DNA of 64,000 bases from Thermoplasmata archaeon (lineage in GTDB: Archaea; Thermoplasmatota; Thermoplasmata; Thermoplasmatales; GCA-001856825): contig JAJYUZ010000002.1 in NCBI GenBank assembly GCA_021792255.1, positions 107,911 to 171,910 on the forward strand, in the 5' to 3' direction. Made by a program: the position numbers and the translations under genes. Shown here in pieces: positions 30,481 to 40,230 of the stretch; position 1 is the first letter of the stretch; each line of letters opens with the position of its first letter. The notes beneath the pieces are model-generated. The model had not been told where the DNA came from. It did no database searches and saw nothing but the letters and a program-made list of their open reading frames with translations.

Positions 30481-31106
30481 AGGGAATACCTTTTTTCAAT
30501 TATTCCCACACAAAATTTTCCTTTTTTATCTTTAATTACAATTTCTTCAATGTCGAGATCGTTCCGGAAGATTAGATCATATACCATTTTGAGGCTCGGG
30601 AACTGACAGATCTTGGACTCGAGGGGCTCCTTTAAAATTATTTCTCCGTTTCTATAATGAAACGAAGCCAGATTGTGAATTTCGCAATTGTTCCCATACT
30701 TGAGCAGAACATTACTGTCAGTGAATACTTCTACTCTTTCGTCCAGTCTACGAGCAACCAAAGGCACCCCAGTATAATTGCTCTTGAAGGTCTTTATGTG
30801 ACAGCTCTTGCAGAGAGTAATAAGGTTCTTAGTGGAATCTGAACCTCCTGCGATCCGGGGAACTATGTGGTGTACTTCTACTTCCACCCTTAATCTTTCT
30901 ACGCCGTCCTTGCTTTCTGATATCATTGGTGACTTGCTGCAAATTCTGCACCTGTACTCGTCCCTTTCAAGGATGATTAGTTTTGCCGTATTCCAGGGGG
31001 TGCTCACTTCTTCCACGCTACCCACTTTGCTATAATCATAAACTTCTCCGTAGTGAGAATATTTTCTGTTAAGTCGTTCTAATCTCTCTTGGATACCGTC
31101 CTTCAT
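30477..31106 (-). CDS. HNH endonuclease with C-terminal extension
   Basis: W.....ILERD.YRCRIC and EVHHIVPR..GGSD...NLITLCKSCH. Confidence 0.88.
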   Translation of the reverse strand: MKDGIQERLERLNRKYSHYGEVYDYSKVGSVEEVSTPWNTAKLIILERDEYRCRICSKSPMISESKDGVERLRVEVEVHHIVPRIAGGSDSTKNLITLCKSCHIKTFKSNYTGVPLVARRLDERVEVFTDSNVLLKYGNNCEIHNLASFHYRNGEIILKEPLESKICQFPSLKMVYDLIFRNDLDIEEIVIKDKKGKFCVGIIEKRYSL

Positions 31107-31319
31107 TTTACCATCGGGTCAATTGTCGGATAATAAGGATGGTAATAAGCTAATTGACATCTGTCTAAAAAAATTTGAAAATCATTTAAGAAACGGTAAA
31201 AATTTATCTCAGTTCGAAAAAAATGGCCTGAAAAACTTGAATGACTTTTTTCACTAACAGGATGCTTCCAATCATCAACCTAAGTTTAATAACACGTTTC
31301 CATAACTGGTTGAGACAGA

Positions 31320-31985
31320 GTGAGCTTCACAATATCCGGCATAATCTCGTACTTCATCCAGGAATCATTAGCATTGATGAGTGCACTTGGACCGACAGGC
31401 GTATTCTTGCTGATGGTTATGGAGGGGCTCGGTCTTCCCTTCCCATCAGAAGTAATCATGGTATTTGCAGGATTTCTGTCGACTGGGAGCATCGGATTGT
31501 TCATAGTCTATTCGCTAGCAGGGTCTATCGGTGGTTTCATTGGAAATTTGATCCTTTATTACATAGCCGTGTACGGTGGAAGGCCTCTTATTCTCTACTT
31601 AGGAAAATATGCTGGTTTAAAGGAAGAGCATCTCGTGAAAACAGAGAAATGGTTTGATGCTAGAGGAGAATGGACTGTTTTCTTCGGAAGGTTCGTTCCA
31701 GGCTTCAGGTCTTATATGAGTATTCCTGCAGGAGTCTCTAAGATGAATGTAGCAAAGTTTTCGATATTTACTTTGTCTGGGTCTCTTATTTGGTCCACTG
31801 CTCTTGCAACTGGAGGGTACGTCTTAGGGAAGTCTTGGGACAAACTGGTTCCAATCATTAGCAACGTTGGTACGGTCCTGCTTGTAGTATTCGTAATCGC
31901 TTTCGCTGCGTATTTCTTCTATCGCTTCTATGTTAGAGCAAAACAGAAAGAGAGTACTACTCCCGTCGACGAATCCCAAAAGTAA
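31320..31985 (+). CDS. dedA: DedA family membrane protein
   Basis: EGLGLPFPSEVIM..AGF and FFGRFVPG.R.Y.SIPAG. Confidence 0.93.
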   Translation: MSFTISGIISYFIQESLALMSALGPTGVFLLMVMEGLGLPFPSEVIMVFAGFLSTGSIGLFIVYSLAGSIGGFIGNLILYYIAVYGGRPLILYLGKYAGLKEEHLVKTEKWFDARGEWTVFFGRFVPGFRSYMSIPAGVSKMNVAKFSIFTLSGSLIWSTALATGGYVLGKSWDKLVPIISNVGTVLLVVFVIAFAAYFFYRFYVRAKQKESTTPVDESQK

Positions 31986-32046
31986 AAGGATCAAAGTGAC
32001 ACAGGTCAACGTGCCACGAAATGTGCACTAATAGGGACAATGTAAT

Positions 32047-32691
32047 TCAGAGAAATCCAAAGGACGCGAAGAAGTAGAGTACCAATGAAGCGGCAATGCC
32101 AAATACTATTGCCCAGTACTTTCTGTTCCAAGCAAATACCTTGCTCCCGTCAAGGGGAGGAAAAGGTACCATGTTGAAGAGACCCAGCCAGAGGTTAATG
32201 TATACGAGGAAAAAAACCGCTGCATAGTACATAAAAGGCATAGAAATGAACAACAACACTGGCAGTAGAACAACTCCCATCACCAAGTTTGCAATTGGGC
32301 CAGCTAGCGCGATTTTTCCTTCCCTAATTGGATTTCTATAGCTAGCGAAATACACGGCCCCAGGAAGGGCAAACAAGAATCCTATTAGGCCAGTTACTAT
32401 GGTGAGTATCAATCCAATAGGCCACATTCTAAACTCTGACCAGGCACCATAGTGTATTGCGGTAAACTTGTGGCTCATTTCGTGTAACAGAAAAGCTGTG
32501 ACCGTCATCAAAAAGCCGATACCCAGAGCGGGAAGAAGTTGCAATTTAATTGTGGTCCCGTGAACCGAGAACGAATAACGGTATATTATCAGAAACAGTG
32601 CCACTGAGAGCGTTACAACTGATATAGCTATGTCTTGAATTTCTTTCTTTGAGAAGTTGCTCTTCTTGTACGTAACTGTGTATGTGGCCAT
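32047..32691 (-). CDS. M50-family Zn-dependent membrane peptidase
   Basis: HEMSHK, IALAGP..N and FNMVPFPPLDGSKV; start moved to ATG 32691. Confidence 0.9.
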   Translation of the reverse strand: MATYTVTYKKSNFSKKEIQDIAISVVTLSVALFLIIYRYSFSVHGTTIKLQLLPALGIGFLMTVTAFLLHEMSHKFTAIHYGAWSEFRMWPIGLILTIVTGLIGFLFALPGAVYFASYRNPIREGKIALAGPIANLVMGVVLLPVLLFISMPFMYYAAVFFLVYINLWLGLFNMVPFPPLDGSKVFAWNRKYWAIVFGIAASLVLYFFASFGFL

Positions 32692-32782
32692 TTGTCCATG
32701 CAGTGAATTAACATATTTAACCTGATTGAGAATTTCAATTTGACCACGCAAAATATTTATCAAATATTGGTCTGAATGAACA

Positions 32783-33661
32783 ATGGAGAAAATGGGAATT
32801 GTCAGGCAGTTGTGGCGGATCATTATAACGGGCCTTGTGCTGATAGCCATAGTTTTCTTCCTGACAAAAATAGTTTCAATAATACCTCAAGTATTAGTAA
32901 AATATACCAATCTAATCCAGGCAGTTCTGCTTGGTATAATTTTATATGTATTGTTGAGGTCGATTCTGAAAGCTCTTCAAAAGGTTCTGGAACGGAGAAT
33001 TCACAAGAAGTACGCCCGACCACTGATTTTCCTTGTTTCTGTCGTTGGTTACTTTATCATCTTATTGGCCATATTGGCACTGTTAGGGGTAAATTTAAGT
33101 TCGATTATACTCGGTAGCGCATTTGCCGGTGCCATCGTAGGACTCGCTGCACAACAGATCCTCTCAAATTTCTTCAGCGGTATCTTGTTGATTTGGTCAA
33201 GACCGTTCGTCCCGGGAGACTATATTGAATTTAATTCGTGGCAATATTCCTACATGCTTCCTTCTTACCCTCCGAAGTTCCTTTCTAGGGACGAATTTAG
33301 GTGGAGGATTTCTGGAAAGGTAGACGATATTTCTATGAATTATACGACCATAATCGAAGATGACGGAACAGTGACTAAGATGCCTAACAGTATTGTGATT
33401 CAGGGAGCTACGACGGTCAATCCGTCACGAAACAAGATACAAGTCAGAACGGAATTGCCTAAAAGCATTGATTACACTAAGCTCAAGAAAGATGTCGAGG
33501 AAATAGCCGCGAGTATCAAAGAAATCACCGACTGGAAAATAATGGTCGAGGAAGTCGGGCGAGAAACATATCTTGCCAAGATCACGATGACAATAGCCGG
33601 GGGAGACCTTGAAGGAACGCGGGGAAGGTTCATGGAGAGTCTCCTGGCTGCAGCGAAGTGA
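32783..33661 (+). CDS. mscS: Small-conductance mechanosensitive channel
   Basis: VGLAAQQILSNFFSGI....RPF.PGD and PNS. Confidence 0.92.
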   Translation: MEKMGIVRQLWRIIITGLVLIAIVFFLTKIVSIIPQVLVKYTNLIQAVLLGIILYVLLRSILKALQKVLERRIHKKYARPLIFLVSVVGYFIILLAILALLGVNLSSIILGSAFAGAIVGLAAQQILSNFFSGILLIWSRPFVPGDYIEFNSWQYSYMLPSYPPKFLSRDEFRWRISGKVDDISMNYTTIIEDDGTVTKMPNSIVIQGATTVNPSRNKIQVRTELPKSIDYTKLKKDVEEIAASIKEITDWKIMVEEVGRETYLAKITMTIAGGDLEGTRGRFMESLLAAAK

Positions 33662-33752
33662 CTAAGAGCGTTTCCCTGTTTGGAACTTATGCGATTTAGA
33701 TGACAAAATATTTTATTCACAGTTGCTGATAAGCTGATAGAGAGGAGATCAA

Positions 33753-34412
33753 ATGGTAAAACTAACGTGGTACGGACACTCGGCATGGCAAATTGATTTT
33801 CAGGACACCGTAGTACTTGTCGACCCTTTTCTGAAGAATAATCCGAAAGCACCTGTGAAACCAGATGACTTAAAAAAAGTGGATTTCGTGATAGTAACTC
33901 ACAACCACGACGATCATTTAGGAGATGCATTCGAAATCACCAGAAACAAGGGGGCAAAACTCATTTCGATCTTTGAAAACATACTACTCGCTTCGAATGA
34001 AAACATTCCTGAAGATAATTTGATGGGAATGAATATCGGTAGCGAAGTCGATTTTGGAAAGATCAAGGTTGCTCTTGTTCAAGCAGTTCATAGCGGCAAT
34101 TGTAGTGGTGCAGTGATAACTGGAGATGGGATTACGATTTACCACGCGGGAGATACAGGACTTTTTGGGGACATGAGACTTATTGGGCAGATGTACAGGC
34201 CGAAGGTTTCCCTCCTGCCAACTGGGGGGTTCTATACGATGGGGCCAAAGGAGGCGGCCATGGCAGCGAGATTGATCGGTTCTGAAGTAGTCATTCCTAT
34301 GCACTATGGTACTTTCCCGGGCATCGATTCAAATCCGAATGAACTTCGAGAAGCACTAGGAGAGGAGTTTAAAGTACCAATTCTTAAGCCAGGTGAATCG
34401 TTTATAATCTGA
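33753..34412 (+). CDS. UPF0173 metallo-beta-lactamase-fold hydrolase
   Basis: GHS, VDPFL.NP, TH.H.DHLGD, YHAGDTG and IPMHYGTFP. Confidence 0.92.
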   Translation: MVKLTWYGHSAWQIDFQDTVVLVDPFLKNNPKAPVKPDDLKKVDFVIVTHNHDDHLGDAFEITRNKGAKLISIFENILLASNENIPEDNLMGMNIGSEVDFGKIKVALVQAVHSGNCSGAVITGDGITIYHAGDTGLFGDMRLIGQMYRPKVSLLPTGGFYTMGPKEAAMAARLIGSEVVIPMHYGTFPGIDSNPNELREALGEEFKVPILKPGESFII

Positions 34413-34456
34413 AGAGGGAAAGAGAAAGAATTAATTTCATAAAACTCTATTCTGTC

Positions 34457-35389
34457 GTGCCAAGTGGATACTATCTAGGCTTTGATGTTGGAGGAACTAA
34501 GATTACATCGGTGCTTTCTTCAAAAGAAGGAAAAATCAAAAAAAGGGTAGAAGTAAAGACAAGGAAATTTAAAGGCGTTCTTGACCTTATTGACCAGATT
34601 TACTCCACAGGTAAGCAGTTTGACGACTACGATAATATTGGAGTAATATTCCCAGCCCCTATTTCTAAGAAGGGTGTATCTCTTACAGCGCCTAATCTTA
34701 TAGGATGGGATCGCGTAAACATCAAAAACAAGCTAAGAGAAGTATTTCACAAAGATGTATTTATAGAAAATGACGCCACCGCGCAGGCGATATCTGTCAA
34801 GCTATTTGACAAAGGAAGGAAGTACAAGAACTTCGTTTACCTGGTGGTAGGAACGGGTATTGGAGGTGGCATATTCGTTGACAATGAAGTCTACAGAGGT
34901 GGAAATGGTTACGCTGGCGAACTAGGTCATTCCGTAGTCTTAGCAAATGGCCCGATTTGTGGTTGCGGAAGGAGGGGATGTATAGAGTCTCTGGCTTCTG
35001 GTCGTGCGCTGGCAAGAAGGGCTATAGAGAATTCAAAAGAGATAAGGAACTCTCCTTTCCTGTCGTCAATACCTCTCGAGAGGTTATCCGCAGAAGACCT
35101 ATTCAGTGGCAGAAAGCTGGGCGATCCATTCTCCACTCTGTTGGTGGATGAGACGATATACTACCTTTCAGTAGCAATCTCTAACTTTATCAACGAATTC
35201 GATCCCGAGGCAATATTTCTCGGAGGCGGTCTGATGAAGAACGACCCAACTCTAATCTCCGAGCTGAAGGAATCAATCGACCACGAGCTTGGAAAATATT
35301 ACAGAGACGTGCCGGTCATAAAGGTAGCTGATAAAACCGTAGAACTGGCTCCCATCGCGCTCTCGATCTATGAATCTTCCAAACGATAA
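34457..35389 (+). CDS. glk: ROK family sugar kinase (glucokinase)
   Basis: DVGGTK, ENDA, GTGIGGG, GELGH and CGCGRRGCIE. Confidence 0.88.
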   Translation: MPSGYYLGFDVGGTKITSVLSSKEGKIKKRVEVKTRKFKGVLDLIDQIYSTGKQFDDYDNIGVIFPAPISKKGVSLTAPNLIGWDRVNIKNKLREVFHKDVFIENDATAQAISVKLFDKGRKYKNFVYLVVGTGIGGGIFVDNEVYRGGNGYAGELGHSVVLANGPICGCGRRGCIESLASGRALARRAIENSKEIRNSPFLSSIPLERLSAEDLFSGRKLGDPFSTLLVDETIYYLSVAISNFINEFDPEAIFLGGGLMKNDPTLISELKESIDHELGKYYRDVPVIKVADKTVELAPIALSIYESSKR

Positions 35390-35475
35390 ATAATCAGAAT
35401 TTCATCTTTTTTTCTTCGGACTCAGCTCACTGTCCAGGTGAAACAAAGGTTAGAAACGTTTTTAGCCACATTTCT

Positions 35476-36675
35476 ATGATTACCAGTATGACGAAGATCA
35501 AAGATGTTGCCATAATTGAGCTCGGGGAAGAGGGAGAAAAGTCGAGTCCATGGAGTTCCACCATATTGGTTTTAAAGATCGAGACGGCAGATGGAGAAAT
35601 AGGTTACGGGGAAGCTCCCACAACACTTATGACTCGACCTGTCTATGAACAAATGAAAGAAGTTGGACGGGTCTTTATGAACAAGGAAGTCGAGGAAATC
35701 GGGAAAAATTACCTTGAATTTTACAAACATTCCTTCTATCTTCCTGTTTCTATGGAATCCACGGCAGCACTGAGTGCTTTCGAAATTGCATCTTGGGACG
35801 TAGTGGGAAAGGAATATGGTGCTCCCATCTACGACCTCCTGGGAGGAAAATTACGGGACAAAGTCAGAGCATATGCGAACGGATGGTACGATAACTGCGT
35901 AACGCCGCAGAATTTCTTGTCAAAAGCCAAGGAAGTGGAAAGCATGGGATTCGGGGCGGTCAAATTTGATCCATTTGGTTCTAGCTATGACAAGATTGAA
36001 GAAGAGGATGTGGGAAAAGCAAGAAGAATAATTCAAACTCTGAAGGAGAAGACGAAGCTAGATCTTCTTATAGAATGTCACGGAAGATTTTCGGCAAACT
36101 CAGCGATAAGAGTAACGGAGGGAATTGAAGATTTAGAGCCTTATTTCGTTGAGGAGCCGGTGCATCCAGACCAATTTGAGGGACTAAAAAGACTGAGGGA
36201 GAAAACGGAAGTTAGAATAGCGCTTGGGGAAAGGGTACTTAACAAGAACCTCTTCCTTCCTTACCTTACTGCAGATTTAGTTGATGTAATCCAACCAGAT
36301 GTGACAAATGTCGGGGGTATAATTCAGGCAAAAGAGTCGGCTGTTCTCGCAGATTCATTCGGGGTTGAAGTAGCATATCATAATGCCTTTGGACCAATAC
36401 AATCGGCAGCGACTCTGCATCTGGATTATAGCATCCCGAACTTCCTGATCCAGGAGAGTTTTGAAAAGTTCTGGCCCAAGTGGAAAAAAGGATTAGTCAA
36501 GTCCGGCTACAGACTTGAAAACGGATTTTTTACACTAAATGGGAAACCAGGTTTGGGAATAGAAATTGACGAAAGAATTTTGGACGAGTACAAAACGGAA
36601 ATGATGGAGCCATTCAATCCCGAGGAACCACCATGGGTAGTAAAGGGTACGTTCAAAAAGGAGAGATCACGTTGA
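35476..36675 (+). CDS. gad: D-gluconate/galactonate dehydratase (mandelate racemase/enolase superfamily)
   Basis: SPWSS, GYGEAPT, RAYANGWY, KFDPFG, IECHGRF, EEP, GER and HNAFGPIQ. Confidence 0.88.
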   Translation: MITSMTKIKDVAIIELGEEGEKSSPWSSTILVLKIETADGEIGYGEAPTTLMTRPVYEQMKEVGRVFMNKEVEEIGKNYLEFYKHSFYLPVSMESTAALSAFEIASWDVVGKEYGAPIYDLLGGKLRDKVRAYANGWYDNCVTPQNFLSKAKEVESMGFGAVKFDPFGSSYDKIEEEDVGKARRIIQTLKEKTKLDLLIECHGRFSANSAIRVTEGIEDLEPYFVEEPVHPDQFEGLKRLREKTEVRIALGERVLNKNLFLPYLTADLVDVIQPDVTNVGGIIQAKESAVLADSFGVEVAYHNAFGPIQSAATLHLDYSIPNFLIQESFEKFWPKWKKGLVKSGYRLENGFFTLNGKPGLGIEIDERILDEYKTEMMEPFNPEEPPWVVKGTFKKERSR

Positions 36676-37286
36676 AGATTCACGACCTATCTATACCGCT
36701 GGAGGATGGAATGCCTTACTTCAATGGGGATCCTATACCGACCATCAAGCAGTACAAGAGCATACAGAATGAAGGATACAACATCAAGGAACTGAAAATC
36801 GGAACTCATACCGGCACTCATTTAGACGCACCGGCTCACTTCATAAGTGGTGGGAAGACCGTAGATCAGTTGGACATTGCGGATCTCGGAGGGAAAGGAA
36901 CGTGTATTTCCTATGATCCTTCGAAGGAAATAGAATTGCCAGAAAATAAATACGAAATAATTCTACTTTACACTGGGTACAATTTGAATTGGAGTAATTT
37001 TAAGGTGTTTGAGAATTTTAGTTACATAAGGAAAGAGCACGCAGAGCGACTTAGAGACTATGGCATAAAACTCGTCGGTATAGACTCTCCATCTGCGGAA
37101 CACCAGAATTCAAAAAATTTTGAAACACACCGAACTCTGTTGGGAAGTTCAATACCTATTATTGAAAATCTTAATTCCATCACCCTATCTGGTTTGATAA
37201 ATCACACATTCATTGTTCAGGCGATGCCTATCCTCGTAAAGGGTGGAGATGGGGCACCAGCTAGGGTCGTCGCAATAGAGGTGTGA
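36672..37286 (+). CDS. Cyclase/kynurenine formamidase (KynB)-family metal hydrolase
   Basis: HTGTHLDAPAHF, GIDSPS, H..LL....IIENL and DGAPAR; TTGA and GTGA overlaps with its neighbours. Confidence 0.88.
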   Translation: MKIHDLSIPLEDGMPYFNGDPIPTIKQYKSIQNEGYNIKELKIGTHTGTHLDAPAHFISGGKTVDQLDIADLGGKGTCISYDPSKEIELPENKYEIILLYTGYNLNWSNFKVFENFSYIRKEHAERLRDYGIKLVGIDSPSAEHQNSKNFETHRTLLGSSIPIIENLNSITLSGLINHTFIVQAMPILVKGGDGAPARVVAIEV

Positions 37287-38356
37287 CTATGAGGGCAATT
37301 ACAACAATTCCACCTGGAGGGGGAGTTAAGCTTTCGCAGGTGAACGAGGGAAGCAGTAGTGGTATTCGAATCAAGACACATCTCACAGGGATCTGCGGAA
37401 CGGACAAGGAAATTGCTGCTGGAAAATTGAAATTTGCAAGGCCAGAGGTCGGACAATCCTTGATTTTAGGACATGAGGCAGTCGGAATAGTTTCTGAGAC
37501 ATCAGATGATGCTGCTTTCAAAGAGGGGGATGTAGTGGTCCCAATCGTCAGAAGACCCGGCAAGTGCAGAATGTGCCAGCTAGGCAGGCAGGACTATTGT
37601 GAAGATGGAGATTTTGTTGAAGCTGGAATCAGAGGCAAGAATGGCTTTATGCGAGACGAATTTGTGGAAAATGCAGAATACCTTGTCAAAGTCGACAATG
37701 CAGGTATCCTCGATCTTGCCGTGCTCACGGAACCATTAAAAAATGTAATGAAAATGAAGGAGATTTTCCAGTTTCTCAGGCTCAGAATTCCGTGGTACTG
37801 CAGCGACTCGACCCTCTCTTGCAAGAATATGTATGTGTTCGGAACGGGTACTGAAGGTCTACTGATTTCCACGGTCTTTAAGGAACTGGGCATGAACGTG
37901 GTAGAAGTCAATAGACATCCTCTTGGAGAGAACGTACTTAATTACCTGGAGAATAATAAGATTGAATATTTGGACACGTCTGCAGAAAAACTGGATAGAA
38001 GGGTCAAGGAGTTCTCGATGGATGCTGCGGTAGACGCAGTGGGTGCAATGGACGTGTTCAAGGAAATCACTGACAACATTAACAGCAACGGAATTGCCTT
38101 AATGTTCGGAACTAGCGGTCAGCTTCCTTCATCAAACTACGAGGTTCTTGAAAGCATTGTGGATAAAAACGTAGCTATTGTGGGTAGCGTCGACGGTGCA
38201 AAGATCCACTACTCGGAGGCCATAAATTTCTTAGAGGCTCACGGCAAAGGAATGCATATGGAAAAATTAATCACGGGAAAGTACGAGCCTGAAGATTTGA
38301 AAGTGTTTACAGAAAGAGAGAAAGGGGAGATAAAAAAGGTAATAGCCTGGTCGTGA
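37283..38356 (+). CDS. gdh: Glucose 1-dehydrogenase (Zn-dependent MDR)
   Basis: GICGTD.E, LGHEA.G, VRRPG.C..C..GRQD.C, EAGIRG and GSVD.AK.HY. Confidence 0.92.
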   Translation: MTMRAITTIPPGGGVKLSQVNEGSSSGIRIKTHLTGICGTDKEIAAGKLKFARPEVGQSLILGHEAVGIVSETSDDAAFKEGDVVVPIVRRPGKCRMCQLGRQDYCEDGDFVEAGIRGKNGFMRDEFVENAEYLVKVDNAGILDLAVLTEPLKNVMKMKEIFQFLRLRIPWYCSDSTLSCKNMYVFGTGTEGLLISTVFKELGMNVVEVNRHPLGENVLNYLENNKIEYLDTSAEKLDRRVKEFSMDAAVDAVGAMDVFKEITDNINSNGIALMFGTSGQLPSSNYEVLESIVDKNVAIVGSVDGAKIHYSEAINFLEAHGKGMHMEKLITGKYEPEDLKVFTEREKGEIKKVIAWS

Positions 38357-38378
38357 TACACGCACCAGGAGCTAAAGC

Positions 38379-39563
38379 TTGAAGAGTGGTCTTCGAAACA
38401 TCTACATCTATACTTTCTTTTATTCATTCCTCCTTTTAAATCCCGTCTGGGTGTTGTATCTTCTCGACATCGGCTACAGCATCTTTTACGTGACAGTACT
38501 GGACGTGGTATTCTACCTCTCGATCGTTCTTACGAGTATCCCAATGGGAAGAATCACCGATTCAATAGGTAGAAGAAATGCCCTCTTTATATCTTCAATT
38601 TTGACAGGTATAGGCATATTATTCTTTGGTCTATTCCAGTCATTTATCGGAATCGCAATCAGTTACATAGTATGGGGCGTGGGGGTCTCTATAAATTCTA
38701 GCGCCCTCGAAAGCGTAAGTTATGAATACTCCACTTCTCACAACTTGAAGTATCTGCAGATTACTGGTGCGGTCAACTTTCTCTCAGCGCTATCGGTTGC
38801 AGTTGCATCTCTCTTGGGTGGGTACATCGGAGAGTACATAAGCTTGAGGATCGTCATATTCATAACGGCCCTTCTCGTGATATTCTCGTCGGTATACACT
38901 CTTAAACTGAGGGAGCGGAAACGTGAAAGGTCATTCAGCAAACTTTCCTTAAAGCTGGGAAATTACGTCAAGGATCGAAGGATAATGAGCATAATATTGC
39001 TCCGTGTCGCATTGCTGCTAAACATCAATATGATGCTAATTTTCAAGCAACCATACTACAAAGAAATGGGAATAGGAACAGGATTGATAGGAGTGATTTT
39101 CTTTGTCGATGTATTGTCGAGAGGGATTGCATCTTTCAATACTCAAAGATTTGCATTCATTGCAAAGAATAGATTTTTTGCAATGTTATTTTTCACCTCG
39201 CTGACGTTCTTCACCATATACATCCCTAGTCTTATTGAAAATTTCTTCTCGCTTCTCTTTCTGATATTTAATTCTGTGATATTCGGATTTTATTCTAACA
39301 TATTGAGTGAAGAAGTCAATAACCTAGTGCCTTCCGAGATCAGGGCAACGGTCCTATCTGTCATATTCCTGGTCAGCGCCCTTCTCACTGCATTGGCCGA
39401 GCCTTTTCTGGGATATTCCGCATCGGTGATAGGCTTAGAGAAAACCCTCCTTATATTCAGCGTGGTATTCCTAATCATATCTACGACAGCGATTTTCATT
39501 CACATAATGGGTAAAGAGAATGGGGAATTCAAAATAATCATCGGCAACAATAGAGGAAGTTAG
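38379..39563 (+). CDS. MFS transporter
   Basis: About 12 TM helices, motif A-like GRITDSIGRR, and RATVLS. Confidence 0.88.
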   Translation: MKSGLRNIYIYTFFYSFLLLNPVWVLYLLDIGYSIFYVTVLDVVFYLSIVLTSIPMGRITDSIGRRNALFISSILTGIGILFFGLFQSFIGIAISYIVWGVGVSINSSALESVSYEYSTSHNLKYLQITGAVNFLSALSVAVASLLGGYIGEYISLRIVIFITALLVIFSSVYTLKLRERKRERSFSKLSLKLGNYVKDRRIMSIILLRVALLLNINMMLIFKQPYYKEMGIGTGLIGVIFFVDVLSRGIASFNTQRFAFIAKNRFFAMLFFTSLTFFTIYIPSLIENFFSLLFLIFNSVIFGFYSNILSEEVNNLVPSEIRATVLSVIFLVSALLTALAEPFLGYSASVIGLEKTLLIFSVVFLIISTTAIFIHIMGKENGEFKIIIGNNRGS

Positions 39564-40105
39564 AGATCTGTAATGGCGAATGCACGCTTTCTGATCTGGT
39601 CGAGGATAGTGTCATTTAATGGATATGAAAATTCCCACGAGCTTGCTTCCATTATGAAACGCTCAAGCACATTCCGAGCTTCCACGAATATTCTACGGGA
39701 ATTGGATTCGTGGCTCATTTGGAAATGGACCATAGAAACACAGAGTAAGATTACTCCGTGATAGAATGTTTTCAGATCTCCATTGTAGTGTCTCCAAAAA
39801 TCTTCGAATATTTCATGAGCCAGCCAATACTTCTCTTCCTCCATTGAACCAAACCCTTCCATAATTCCTCTCTCAATCTCTTTTGGTCCGTTCAGAGGAA
39901 CGGTTTCTCCTCTTCTGAATATGCAAAGTTCGTAGAATTCACCAGCATTCGCAATGTGCTCCAGCCCTTCATTCACACTGAGAAACCTCAGGTCGACTTC
40001 CATCGAACGGACGCCAATTCTTATGATCTGGGTTCCATCCTGACGAAACCTAACCTGACTCCCTTTCTGGGCGAAGAGTAATATCCTAGTATTCCAGTCA
40101 AACAC
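39560..40105 (-). CDS. DUF309 domain protein (start uncertain)
   Basis: YWLAHEIFEDFW...FYHGVI...V..VH. Confidence 0.75.
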   Translation of the reverse strand: MFDWNTRILLFAQKGSQVRFRQDGTQIIRIGVRSMEVDLRFLSVNEGLEHIANAGEFYELCIFRRGETVPLNGPKEIERGIMEGFGSMEEEKYWLAHEIFEDFWRHYNGDLKTFYHGVILLCVSMVHFQMSHESNSRRIFVEARNVLERFIMEASSWEFSYPLNDTILDQIRKRAFAITDL

Positions 40106-40230
40106 TGCCAGATGATATCAAATCTCGGCTTAAGAATAGCACTGAGGGTCGGAAATGATGGCCGCGCGTACAGATCGGGAGTTCCCAGGGACAAAAAGGA
40201 ATTGTACAAGTCACCAATATAATACAATCC

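Noticed and set aside
30477-31319. HNH gene as an IscB/HEARO RNA-guided system
   Set aside because: No PLMP or RuvC motifs; the upstream spacer is only about 210 bp, AT-rich and shared with the dedA promoter.
40110-40225. C/D-like boxes or a 36-codon ORF between the DUF309 and GNAT genes
   Set aside because: Box spacing is non-canonical, no target found, and the ORF has no recognisable features.
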